A stretch of 63,828 nt of DNA, filler included, from Octopus bimaculoides (taxonomy: Eukaryota): assembly GCF_001194135.2 (NCBI RefSeq). It is 7 parts of 7 records of this genome, joined end to end, with 100 filler letters (N's around TTAATTAATTAA, not from the genome) between each part and the next. Parts side by side here need not be neighbours in the genome. Positions count along the whole stretch, not along the records: positions 1 to 11,368 come from NC_068985.1; 6 more parts are not named here. One strand, 5' to 3'. Both the position numbers and the translations under genes were made by a program. Below the pieces are notes generated by a model. That model did not search any database and was not told the origin of the DNA. It saw only the letters and a program-made list of their open reading frames with translations. Positions 1 to 11,468 of the stretch are shown here, one piece after another. How positions within the stretch are numbered: the stretch's first letter is position 1; the number at the start of each line of letters is the position of its first letter.

Positions 1-220
1 GAAAAGAAATGTCGTGTGTATGTGTGTATGTGTGTCTGGGTGAATGTGGGTGTCTAAGTGTGTATATGTGTGTGACGATATATGTATGTGTGCGTGTTTG
101 TGTGTATTTGTGTATATGTGTGTGCGCGTATGTGTGTGTGTAAGTGCGTATGCTTGTGTAACATATTTTGCATGCTAAATTGCCAAGTATGCGTGTAAGT
201 GTATATATATTATATATATG

Positions 221-255
<35 letters not shown>

Positions 256-430
256 AATGTGTGCCTTGACTATGTATCTGTGTGTGTGCTTGTGTGAATG
301 TGCATGTATGTATGTATGTATGTATGCATGCATGTAATATATATGCTAGTTTACTACACCTGTTTGTGTGTGTATATATGTGTGTGTGTATGTGCGTGTG
401 TATGTATGCATGTGTGTTCGCATGCATATG
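1..430. repeat. (TG)n/(TA)n/(TATG)n microsatellite mosaic
   Basis: Directly visible dinucleotide and tetranucleotide runs. Confidence 0.95.
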
Positions 431-502
431 TTCTTTATTTTTATTAGACTCACGTGTACGTGTTGCACATTTTTAGATCACTGTGGTATTTTTTTTCCAC
501 TG

Positions 503-724
503 TAGGGGAGGGAGAAGTCAATTAGATCGCCCCCCCCCCCACCATTACGCAACTGGTACTTCATTTATCGACTCTGAAAGGATGAAACGTAAAATCAATG
601 TCGGCGGAATTTGAACTCAGAACGTAAAAACAGACGAAGTACCTATTTCATTATTGCCCACAAGGGGCTAAACATAGAGGGAACAAAGAAGAACAGACGA
701 ACGGATTAAGTCGATTACATCGAC
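503..724 (-). mobile_element. SINE-A (tRNA-derived) partial copy joined to the 3' tail of a second copy
   Basis: GGCGGAATTTGAACTCAGAACGTAA (reverse of B-box GTTCAAATTCC) and core shared with 38300-38512; TATTGCCCACAAGGGGCTAAACATAG tail shared with 50160-50400. Confidence 0.85.
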
Positions 725-1409
725 CNNNNNNNNNNNNNNNNNNNNNNNNNNNNNNNNNNNNNNNNNNNNNNNNNNNNNNNNNNNNNNNNNNNNNNNNNNN
801 NNNNNNNNNNNNNNNNNNNNNNNNNNNNNNNNNNNNNNNNNNNNNNNNNNNNNNNNNNNNNNNNNNNNNNNNNNNNNNNNNNNNNNNNNNNNNNNNNNNN
901 NNNNNNNNNNNNNNNNNNNNNNNNNNNNNNNNNNNNNNNNNNNNNNNNNNNNNNNNNNNNNNNNNNNNNNNNNNNNNNNNNNNNNNNNNNNNNNNNNNNN
1001 NNNNNNNNNNNNNNNNNNNNNNNNNNNNNNNNNNNNNNNNNNNNNNNNNNNNNNNNNNNNNNNNNNNNNNNNNNNNNNNNNNNNNNNNNNNNNNNNNNNN
1101 NNNNNNNNNNNNNNNNNNNNNNNNNNNNNNNNNNNNNNNNNNNNNNNNNNNNNNNNNNNNNNNNNNNNNNNNNNNNNNNNNNNNNNNNNNNNNNNNNNNN
1201 NNNNNNNNNNNNNNNNNNNNNNNNNNNNNNNNNNNNNNNNNNNNNNNNNNNNNNNNNNNNNNNNNNNNNNNNNNNNNNNNNNNNNNNNNNNNNNNNNNNN
1301 NNNNNNNNNNNNNNNNNNNNNNNNNNNNNNNNNNNNNNNNNNNNNNNNNNNNNNNNNNNNNNNNNNNNNNNNNNNNNNNNNNNNNNNNNNNNNNNNNATA
1401 TATATATAT

Positions 1410-1545
1410 ATACGATGGCCTTCTTTCAATTTCCGTCTACCAAATCCACTCACAAGGCTTTGGTCGACCTGAGGCTATAGTAAAAGACACTTGTCCAAAG
1501 TGCCACGCAGTGGGACTGAACCAGGAACCATGTAGTTGCATTTTA
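1410..1545 (-). mobile_element. SINE-C (tRNA head + CORE-like domain), 5' part
   Basis: Near identical to 51580-51720 (CAAATCCACTCACAAGGCTTTGGTCG...CAGTGGGACTGAACC). Confidence 0.85.
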
Positions 1546-1670
1546 GGAATGATAAAATAAAGTACCAATATTTAACTTAGCTAACCAAATTAAATTACTG
1601 GTGTCGCTGTATTCGACTACCACCCTCCCTTCAAAAGTACTAACCTTGTGCCTAAGTCAAAAACCACCAT
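1537..1670 (+). mobile_element. SINE-A, degenerate 3' half
   Basis: GATAAAATAAAGTACCA...TCGACT...CCTTGTGCCT matches the SINE-A core and tail. Confidence 0.6.
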
Positions 1671-1692
1671 TTAAAAAAAAAATTTCATCCAC

Positions 1693-1915
1693 TAGAATCA
1701 CAAGGCCTGAAATTTGGTAGAAGAGGGCTTAGTCAATTACATCGACACCTCCTCCCCAGCCCTCAACTGGTGCATATTTTATCCACCTCGAAAAGATGAA
1801 GATGGAAAACGAAGTCGACTTCGGTGCAATTTGAACTCTAAGCGTAAAAAACCGCAAGAAATGCCGCTAAGCATTTTGTTTGACGCACTAACGATTCTGC
1901 CAACTCGTTGCGTTT
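1693..1915 (-). mobile_element. SINE-A
   Basis: CACAAGGCCTGAAATTT...GTCGACTTCGGTGCAATTTGAACTC...CTAACGATTCTGCCA. Confidence 0.85.
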
Positions 1916-2175
1916 AAATCAAAGGTCATTGTTATGATAGTGTGTGGTATGTTTGTATATGTGTGTGTATGCATATATGTGATCAAGTGGTGCGTGTATG
2001 TGTGTGTTCCTTCGTGCGAACGTGCGTGTGTGTGTATGAAGGATGGCTATTGTATAGTTACAGCATCTTTTCCACACGTGTCTGTGCAAACATATGCTGC
2101 GTGTGTGTGTAATAGGTATGCAATGGGAGGGGGGGGTGTCGCAATTCGTTAGGAACATCATGTTTTAGTGGAGGC

Positions 2176-2223
<48 letters not shown>

Positions 2224-2304
2224 AAACAGAGAGGAAGAGAGGGAGATAGGGCAGAGAAATGGAAAGAAAAAAAGGGAATAGAGATAGTTACATAGATAGT
2301 GAGG

Positions 2305-2353
<49 letters not shown>

Positions 2354-2404
2354 AAATGTATATATATATAGTGGGGTAGTTCCACCGTGCGTGTAAATGC
2401 GTGC

Positions 2405-2412
2405 AGGTCTGT

Positions 2413-2444
<32 letters not shown>

Positions 2445-3535
2445 TGTGTGTATGTATGTATGTATGTATGTATGTATGTGTGTGTGTGTATGCATGCTTG
2501 TATGTATATATGTATGTTTGTATGTGCGTAAGTTTGTATGTACGTATGTACCTATGTATGGATGTATATGTGTATATATATATGCATATATACACATCTA
2601 TGCATGTATGTATGTATGTATGTATGTATGTATGTATGTATGTATGCATGCTTGTATGTATATATGTATNNNNNNNNNNNNNNNNNNNNNNNNNNNNNNN
2701 NNNNNNNNNNNNNNNNNNNNNNNNNNNNNNNNNNNNNNNNNNNNNNNNNNNNNNNNNNNNNNNNNNNNNNNNNNNNNNNNNNNNNNNNNNNNNNNNNNNN
2801 NNNNNNNNNNNNNNNNNNNNNNNNNNNNNNNNNNNNNNNNNNNNNNNNNNNNNNNNNNNNNNNNNNNNNNNNNNNNNNNNNNNNNNNNNNNNNNNNNNNN
2901 NNNNNNNNNNNNNNNNNNNNNNNNNNNNNNNNNNNNNNNNNNNNNNNNNNNNNNNNNNNNNNNNNNNNNNNNNNNNNNNNNNNNNNNNNNNNNNNNNNNN
3001 NNNNNNNNNNNNNNNNNNNNNNNNNNNNNNNNNNNNNNNNNNNNNNNNNNNNNNNNNNNNNNNNNNNNNNNNNNNNNNNNNNNNNNNNNNNNNNNNNNNN
3101 NNNNNNNNNNNNNNNNNNNNNNNNNNNNNNNNNNNNNNNNNNNNNNNNNNNNNNNNNNNNNNNNNNNNNNNNNNNNNNNNNNNNNNNNNNNNNNNNTATG
3201 TATGTATGTATGTATGTATGTATGTATGTATGTATGTATGTATGCATGCTTGTATGTATATATGTATATTTGTACGTGCGTAAGTCTGTATGTACGTATG
3301 TACCTATGTATGGATGTATATGTGTATATATATATGCATATATACACATCTATGCATGTATGTATGTATGTATGTATGTATGTATGTATGTATGTATGCA
3401 TGCTTGTATGTATATATGTATGTTTGTATGTGCGTAAGTTTGTATGTACATATGTACCTATGTATGGATGTATATGTGTATATATATATATATATATGCA
3501 TATATACACATCTATGTATGTATGTATGTATGTAT
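2405..3535. repeat. Higher-order tandem repeat (~154-bp unit built on (TATG)n), interrupted by an N gap
   Basis: TGCATGCTTGTATG unit starts at 2491, 2645, 3243 and 3397 (period 154). Confidence 0.85.
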
Positions 3536-4309
3536 GCTCGTTATTTTCTCAGATTACGCTGACTCTACAGTTAGATATATGTACGTATATAATGAGCAGC
3601 GATGCATCTTTCCGCGCATATTATTATGATGGCAACAAAGTGCAGGCGACTGACTGGTTGGACTCTGAAATCATTCACAACCCCAACAAAAAGATACCTT
3701 GCTGCTCATATAGAAAACATTCGAGCTCAAGTGCCTAGATTATTGCTCCAAATTACAGATACCACAAAACGTTAAATTAACCACAGAACACGAAGCAATC
3801 CAACAACACCACTACACCAAGAAGATTGTATGTGTACGCACGTATATATATATGCAAATATTTGTGTGTATGTTAAAGGATGGTGCGGGGCGTTGATTGC
3901 AACATGTCTATCGCTACGATTAATTGTGACGGAGGTCATTGACACGTCGTCAGACGCCAGGTGTTAACCTGAATCGTACAGGTAGGTCAGTAATGACAAC
4001 TAATGCATGCTAAGTTATATGCATAAACAAAATTAATAAATCAGATTTTGACATATATCTTAGATTTTTTTTTACGAAAGACAAACGGAAACCTTACTCC
4101 ATATGTATTCCTATTTCAGCTAGAATGATTTTGAAAAAAGTTTACCAGGGGCTGCCTAGGTAAGTAAGTACATAAATAGGTATGTAGGGTAATAGGTATT
4201 TAGGCAAAGTAGACAGACAGATTATATAATAACCGAACGATTCTCCTCGTCACAGATGTTGTCACCGGCCTACATTCAAGAATGAGCAATGTTGAGAAAG
4301 ACTCAAAGC

Positions 4310-4375
4310 GGCTGCTCGACTTGCTAGAAATAGCAGTTGAATTTCCCTCCTGTCGCACGTCTTAAAAAGACAGTT
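4310..4375 (+). repeat. Old interspersed repeat, family D
   Basis: GCTAGAAATAGCAG motif shared with 19826-19960, 30380-30540, 34480-34570, 41840-41920 and 47620-47770. Confidence 0.55.
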
Positions 4376-4504
4376 GCTTCGCATTAATGGCTTGTAGGGC
4401 CAAGGTATTATGCAACCACAATAAACTACAAAGTATATTAAACGCTTTTATACGTCAATACCATGTTCTACTATGTTAGCAGTGCTCTTACATCACTTTC
4501 TCTT

Positions 4505-4628
4505 TTATCTCTTTTATCTTTTACTTGTTTCAGTCATTTGACTGTGGCCATGCTGGAGCACCGCCTTTAGACAAGCAAATCGACCCCAGGACTTATTCTT
4601 TGGAAGCCTAGTACTTATTCTATCGGTC
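4505..4628 (-). mobile_element. SINE-C 3' part, followed by (CA)n
   Basis: CTTGTTTCAGTCATTTGACTGTGGCCATGCTGGAGCACCGCCTTTA...GGACTTATTC matches 51290-51350 and the reverse of 17500-17540. Confidence 0.8.
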
Positions 4629-5419
4629 ACACACACGCACACACACACACACACACACACAACACGCACATACACACAACACACACACACACACACAACA
4701 CGCACACAACACGCACACACACACACACACACTCACGCGCGCATGCACACACATACACTCACGCACACACAACGGGCTTATTTCNNNNNNNNNNNNNNNN
4801 NNNNNNNNNNNNNNNNNNNNNNNNNNNNNNNNNNNNNNNNNNNNNNNNNNNNNNNNNNNNNNNNNNNNNNNNNNNNNNNNNNNNNNNNNNNNNNNNNNNN
4901 NNNNNNNNNNNNNNNNNNNNNNNNNNNNNNNNNNNNNNNNNNNNNNNNNNNNNNNNNNNNNNNNNNNNNNNNNNNNNNNNNNNNNNNNNNNNNNNNNNNN
5001 NNNNNNNNNNNNNNNNNNNNNNNNNNNNNNNNNNNNNNNNNNNNNNNNNNNNNNNNNNNNNNNNNNNNNNNNNNNNNNNNNNNNNNNNNNNNNNNNNNNN
5101 NNNNNNNNNNNNNNNNNNNNNNNNNNNNNNNNNNNNNNNNNNNNNNNNNNNNNNNNNNNNNNNNNNNNNNNNNNNNNNNNNNNNNNNNNNNNNNNNNNNN
5201 NNNNNNNNNNNNNNNNNNNNNNNNNNNNNNNNNNNNNNNNNNNNNNNNNNNNNNNNNNNNNNNNNNNNNNNNNNNNNNNNNNNNNNNNNNNNNNNNNNNN
5301 NNNNNNNNNNNNNNNNNNNNNNNNNGTTAGAAACAATTATTATTTGATAATAATCAGATAAGTATTTTGAGGCTCTGGTATATTTCATTTAGAAATAGAT
5401 TTTGAAGTTATATTTTTTT

Positions 5420-5640
5420 GTTTGTTTCAGTCTTCAGAGTCCAACCATGCTAGAGTATCACCTTGAAGGGTTTAGCCTAACAACTTGACCCCTGTACTTA
5501 TTCTAAGTCTGGTAGTTAATCCATAGGTCTCTTTTGCTAAACTGCTAAGTTACAGAGAATTAAGCAAGTCAACATTGGTTGCCAGCTAGGGATAGACAAA
5601 CACAAAGGCACACACACACACACACACACACTGGCTTCAC
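5420..5640 (-). mobile_element. SINE-C, degenerate
   Basis: TGTTTCAGTC...CCATGCTAG...CTGCTAAGTTAC...GACAAACAC(CA)n...GGCTTC. Confidence 0.7.
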
Positions 5641-5664
5641 ATTTTAGCAAAGCTAGCAAATTTA

Positions 5665-5822
5665 GGGAAGGAGTTACTATGACGTCGCCCCCAGTCCTCA
5701 ACGAGTACTTATTTTATCGACCACGAAAGGATGAACCTCTGTGGAATTTGAACTCAGAACGTAAAGACGGACGAAATGTCGTTAAGTATTTTGTCCAGCG
5801 TGCTAACGATTCTACCAGCTCG
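5665..5822 (-). mobile_element. SINE-A
   Basis: GGAATTTGAACTCAGAACGTAAAGACGGACGAAATG...GCTAACGATTCTACCAGCTCG. Confidence 0.8.
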
Positions 5823-5886
5823 TATGTATGTATGTATGTATGTATGTATGTATGTATGTATGTATGTATGTATGTATGTATGTATG

Positions 5887-6745
5887 TACTAGCAGCGTTA
5901 CCCGGCGTTGCTCGGAATTTAAATGGCATAGTTTGTATATATGGTACATTTAAGTTGAAACATGTGATACGGGGAAGTGCAGCATTGACGACAAAACATT
6001 TGTGGGGCAAATGAAGGGCTAATTCCACTAAGTGACATGCCAGGCGTCTGTTGGGAAGATTCTAGGCCCTAACTTTGTCATGAAAAGTGGGTGGGGCTAT
6101 GTGATTTTTGAACGCAGCAAAAAGCTCTCAGTGGATATACTCTCTTTTGCGGTTATCAGCGCTGCCGCTACTATGCTGAACAATCATCAGACATAGGAAC
6201 TATATCTATGTGATAAATTAAGCCTGTGGGCGTGATCAACAACACCACATGAGAGAAATCTACATGAAAGAAATAAGGGGGTGGGTAAGGGCAAGGAAGC
6301 GCTTGAAAACAACGCTGTCATGCGATGTTTCGGTTTGGAATCAATAGTCGTAGCTCAACCGTGCACTCCTTTGCGTAAACAGCGTGTGACTACTGTGAGG
6401 ACAACTCAACTCCCACACGAAAACAATCCTGCATGCAGCGTTGGGGCACGCAAGGTCACATTAAGGACACGGTCTCTAAGTAACGTGGTTGCGTCACGTG
6501 ACTTCGGGTTGCTAACATTGTTGGGATTCAATAATCGTGGCTCAACCATGCATTCTTCCGCATAAACATCGTGCGAACATTGTGAGGACAACTCAGCTCT
6601 CAAATGAAAACAATTCTGCGTGGAGCGTCCGGGCACGCAAGGTCACATTAAGGACACGGTCTCTTACTATCCGTGGCTGTGTCTTAGACATCACAAATTC
6701 GTAGGTTAATGTTCATGCGATATTTCGGTTTGTAATCAATAGCTG
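5887..6745 (+). mobile_element. Probable non-autonomous Helitron/Helentron-like element with internal ~190-bp tandem repeat
   Basis: Starts TACTAGCAGCGTTACCCGGCGTTGCTCGG after (TATG)n, a terminus style typical of Helitron-derived repeats; identical 34-mers at 6444-6477 and 6631-6664. Confidence 0.45.
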
Positions 6746-6764
6746 AAGAATATTTGTATGGGCT

Positions 6765-6940
6765 TTTGTCTATGGTTAGAAGGAAGACTTTGATACTGAG
6801 TTCAAATTCCACCGTGGTCGACTTTGCCTTTCATCCTTTCAGGGTCGATAAATTAAGCACCAGTTGCGTACTGGGGTCGATCTAATCGACTGGCCTCCTC
6901 CCCCAAAATTTCAGGCCTTGTGCCTATAATAGAAAGGATA
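6765..6940 (+). mobile_element. SINE-A (5'-truncated)
   Basis: CTGAGTTCAAATTCCACCGTGGTCGACTTTGCCTTTCATCCTTTC...GGCCTTGTGCCTATAATAGAAAG. Confidence 0.9.
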
Positions 6941-8095
6941 CTGAAGCTAAAAGGAAATAGTTGAATAGTTGCTCAAGATTTAACATATTTTAGCTTATTT
7001 TTCATAATAAACATAGTGTATTCCAAGCGGTTTTTATTCCAACAAATTTCTACCTATGGTACTATGGGAACAGGCTATTATTGCTTCCACTTCGCTTCAT
7101 CCATTTAATACAACCTACTTATATGATTTCAGTAGCTGTTTTTTCCAGTTTGAGCAGAAGCGATGAGTGGACCACGCAGGCCGTCGTACGTACCCCAGGA
7201 AAGGAGTTTTCTGCTCCCAGGGGCTCCACTATTCATTATGTGAAAAACTTTAAGAATCTAAAAACCATCTCTGTTCCTAGTTTGGAGAAAATCAGTCGAG
7301 TTTATTTCAGATATTCTCATTTGAAAAATTATCTGTGGCTAATCGTTGAGAGGACGTTCGTGTTGCCTTGGTGGAGATTTGCGCCCTCTGCGTGCTCTTG
7401 TTCATCTTTGATTTTTAGTAATGATTATTATAAATAATTAATGCAAATTAATGCAATATAATTTATAATATTATTTGCTATTTGACTAGAGATTATATAG
7501 TATTTTAAATATATTTTGCTATTTAGCCATAGATAAATAGCGTATTTTTATTATAATAACATGTATTTTTTAATAATATGAAAGAAGAAATGGGATATTT
7601 CTTATTTCACCATGTTTTGTTATTAAATATTTAAAAAAATATTTTTTAAAATATTGTTCCTGGTATTAAAAAAAAAACAAACTAATGCGTTAAGATATAT
7701 TTAGATTAAAATACTTTATAGTATACAAATATATTTTATGACCGTTTTTCTTTTCTATTTTTATCTTTGTCTTTGTTTCTAATTATTGACGCTTACGTTT
7801 GAAAGTATAAATATATTAAAATTCAGTCTTGCCTTGGATATGTGAATCCTCATATGTCAAAAATTACACTGAAGAGATTTTTACCCACAAACAAAGGATT
7901 TTTATGATTTTATTGTCGGTAAGAATCGACACAATTGTATATAATTTGTGTTTAATATTTATTATGTTATATTAAATATACATTTTTGAATTGACAATTG
8001 TATAGCTCCATTTTCTGTTCATATATATATATATATGTTTGTATGTGTGTTTGTATGTGTGTTTGTATGTTTGTATGTATGTTTGTATGCATGTT

Positions 8096-8147
<52 letters not shown>

Positions 8148-8199
8148 CTGGTGATCAAGATGAATTTGATGATTTTTTATGTCTCCTTTTCTTCAGGAA

Positions 8200-9048
8200 C
8201 AGCTTGATATATTGGTGAACAGTCAACGGTGTTGGAGAGCATAAATTTTAAAGTTGTAGTTGAGAGAAAGTTAGCTGACATAGAGGACTGGAAGCTATCT
8301 GAATATTGGAAAAGAGTTACCCATATCATGACGATTCGCACCAGGTATGAAAATGCCGACATCTTGACTGCTGCTCTACGAACATTGTAAAGGCTGTGAG
8401 ACGTGCCATGGGGCTGCAACAGAGATTACAGAGCCGTTGGCCAGTAGGAATGGATGCCGTAGACGTCCTGACTGCGCTCGCACAAGGCAATTCATCTACA
8501 CCTCATTGGACAGGGCCTTAAGACCAATTCAGAAGATTATGTGAAGCTGCTGGAGACTATGGTCAATCCTTAGTTGGGAATAAATTCTGCTGGAAGGTCA
8601 TATGTATGGCGGCAACATTTGGCTCTTTACCGTATCTCCGGAATGAGTCAGAAGTAGTTATTGGACTATTTCTGCGACTTCACCAGACCGAATAATTTCT
8701 TGCCTCCTAATTACCTTGATTGTAATCCTATGGACTACTAAGTGTGAGCTGCGATTGAGAAATACACCGACAGCTCTACCTGCAACACAAAGAACGAACT
8801 GGCGGACACGATCAAGATGGTGTTCGAAGATCTTACCAGGGATCCAGTCAGGAACGCATATGCCAGGTTCTGGAGTCGTCTTGAGACCGTGGAGGAAGCT
8901 GAGGGCAGTTTCTTTGAGTAAACAGTTATCTCCCAGCTATAGTTTATTTGGTGGTCTTTTGATTTTTAAAAACATTTTAATTTTTGCATGTGGTTTTGTG
9001 ATTTCTTTTCCTTTTATGGAAACTGTCAAATTTAGCCCGAACACACTG
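8200..9048 (+). mobile_element. Decayed, internally deleted maT/DD37D-like Tc1-mariner transposon
   Basis: Hand translation across stops gives GLKTNSEDYVKLLE...PPNYLDCNPMDY...NTKNELADTIKMVFEDL...RFWSRLETVEEAEGSFFE* (stop 8919-8921); TIR-like end GTCAAATTTAGCCCGAACACACTG at 9048. Confidence 0.8.
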
Positions 9049-9049
9049 A

Positions 9050-9083
<34 letters not shown>

Positions 9084-9269
9084 CCAGAGATGGCTCTGGC
9101 GAAAGTAGCACTAATTATTTTTAGGTCGTTCAGTTTTTCTCAACTGATCAACAGACCATGGAATAAACCTATCAGTAACGCACCTTTAATGACTTCTGGT
9201 AACAGGTACAAGCCAAATTTGGTCTAATAAAGGAAAAATATGTGATGACCATCATTTATAACTTGCCTG

Positions 9270-9308
9270 GCGGAGAAATGGTTAAAATTTGCCCAGTTTA
9301 TAATTATA

Positions 9309-9342
<34 letters not shown>

Positions 9343-9381
9343 TATAATTATAAACTGGGCAAATTTTAACCATTTCTCCGC
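9270..9381. repeat. Perfect 112-bp palindrome: 41-bp arms around (AT)15
   Basis: 9270-9310 is the exact reverse complement of 9341-9381. Confidence 0.95.
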
Positions 9382-9864
9382 AGACTGAAAAAAAACTGAT
9401 GAACAACCTTAACCGATTTTCGAACCTTATTGTGTTTTCATCAGAAGGGTCCACACCATTCTAACGGCCTCCAGAAACCTAAGTAGCGAAACTGTTTATA
9501 TACACAACAAATGTAGCAGTTACTCTGTGAAGGAGTCACTAATTTGCATACCGAAAGTGTTTAATACTCAATAAATACCAGCGGCCTGTCAATATATATG
9601 TACGCATACACATACAACATATAATGCACATATAATGCACATATAATGCACATGCAACTTGAATCAGAAGAACTGAAATAAATTTAAATATTGAAAACTC
9701 TTGCCGTGAGAGGAATGTAAGAATGTGAATATATTTCTTCTCTGCTTTCGATGTGCAGAAAAAATGGTTTGTGTGCGATGCGTGTGTCTGAGTGTGTGTA
9801 TGTGTGTGTGTGTGTGCTTGTGTGTGTGTTTGTTTGTGTGTGTATCTGTAAGTATGTATGAAAG

Positions 9865-9960
9865 AGTATGGCCCAGTGGTTAAGATGTTAGACTCGCTAT
9901 CATAATGTCATAGGTTCGATTCTCGAACGGGTTGACGCGTTGAGTCCTCAAGCAACATCT
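9865..9960 (+). mobile_element. SINE-B-type tRNA head only
   Basis: TGGCCCAGTGGTTAAG (A box) and GGTTCGATTC (B box). Confidence 0.65.
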
Positions 9961-10255
9961 TGCATAACTATATGTAAAAATCTTAATTAGGGAAACATAC
10001 GTAGTGCGACGAAACCTTGTTGAAGAGCTGATTCTGGAGACGGTTTAAGTATACAGTTATAAATATATCACGATGTCAATACGAAGACCGTATGGCGGGG
10101 TGGAAGTCGTTACTGCTACTATGCCCGCAAGTTCCCCGCCGAGGAAGCATGTTTTAAGATTTTCTGTATTATACTTGTTATTTTGGGGTATTTGTCTGTG
10201 TGTGCGTGTGTGAGCACGAGTGAGCACTTTGCTCTGTGTGTGCGTGTGTGAGCGT

Positions 10256-10618
10256 GGAGGCGCAATGGCCCAGTGGTTAGGGCAGCGGACTCGCGGTCAT
10301 AGGATCGCGGTTTCGATTCCCAGACCGGACGTTGTGAGTGTTTATTGAGCGAAAACACCTAAAGCTCCACGAGGCTCCGGCAGGGGATGGTGGCGAACCC
10401 TGCTGTACTCTTCCACCACAACTTTCTCTCACTCTTTCTTCCTGTTTCTGTTGTACCTGTATTTCAAAGGGTCAGCCTTGTCACACTGTGTCACGCTGAA
10501 TATCCCCGAGAACTACGTTAAGGGTACACGTGTCTGTGGAGTGCTCAGCCACTTGCACATTAATTTCACGAGTAGGCTGTTCCGTTGATTGGATCAACTG
10601 GAACCCGCGACGGAGTGC
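10256..10618 (+). mobile_element. SINE-B, full length
   Basis: tRNA head GGAGGCGCAATGGCCCAGTGGTTAGGG...GTTTCGATTCCC; body shared with 16487-16842 and 46042-46407; candidate 13-bp TSD TGCGTGTGTGAGC at 10241-10253 and 10616-10628. Confidence 0.92.
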
Positions 10619-11368
10619 GTGTGTGAGCACGAGTTTGTTTGGTCACACCAAACACTTGCAGCGATAGGTACTTATCCCATATTGGACGAAAGGTGATGCA
10701 AGGATGAAATAAGTGTTACAGAAAAATATATTAGATAATATTATACCGCAAAGTAAAACGAAGGAAAGAAAACATAGAAGTAGAAAACAATCAGGAAACA
10801 AAAATTAAAACAAAATAGTACTAACAGTTATTCAGAGAGTACAAAACTTTGGCTTGACAGTCGTCTTTCCATCAATATATTCCACTAAAGACAATAAAGG
10901 AATAACTAAGTAAATAAATAAATTAAATAGAAATAACAAAAATAAACTAGTCTGTTCTGAGTCTCTTCAATCTCGACTTTCCTTCTCTCTGAGAACTTGC
11001 CTTCTCCTTCTTAACCAATTACATTTAGAGGAAAAGAAAGAAAAAACAAAACAAAACAATGAATGGAATAAGAAACTAAACAAAAATATAAGAACAAAAT
11101 CAAATAAATTGAAAATAAAATAAAAATAAATGAAGAAAGCAAGAAGGCAAAGAAAGAAGAAGTATACGCTGTCAGTTGAGAGCGCTGCCAGTTTAGTCGA
11201 CGACGTCATTGTAACTAGAACTGTTGTTGGGATTGTTCCAATATAGAGCAGGGAGGGGTGAAAAGGAGGGAAGGTGGTGGGGAAGAATTCCTTTGATAGT
11301 TTTAGATTAAACAGCGACACCAGACACAATTCAAAATTTTTACCCTGGAGCAATATTTTCAGTCCCTA

Positions 11369-11468
11369 NNNNNNNNNNNNNNNNNNNNNNNNNNNNNNNN
11401 NNNNNNNNNNNNTTAATTAATTAANNNNNNNNNNNNNNNNNNNNNNNNNNNNNNNNNNNNNNNNNNNN
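11369..11468. other. Artificial scaffold join (44N-TTAATTAATTAA-44N)
   Basis: Self-complementary 12-mer with stops in all six frames inside exactly 100 bp; recurs six times. Confidence 0.95.
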
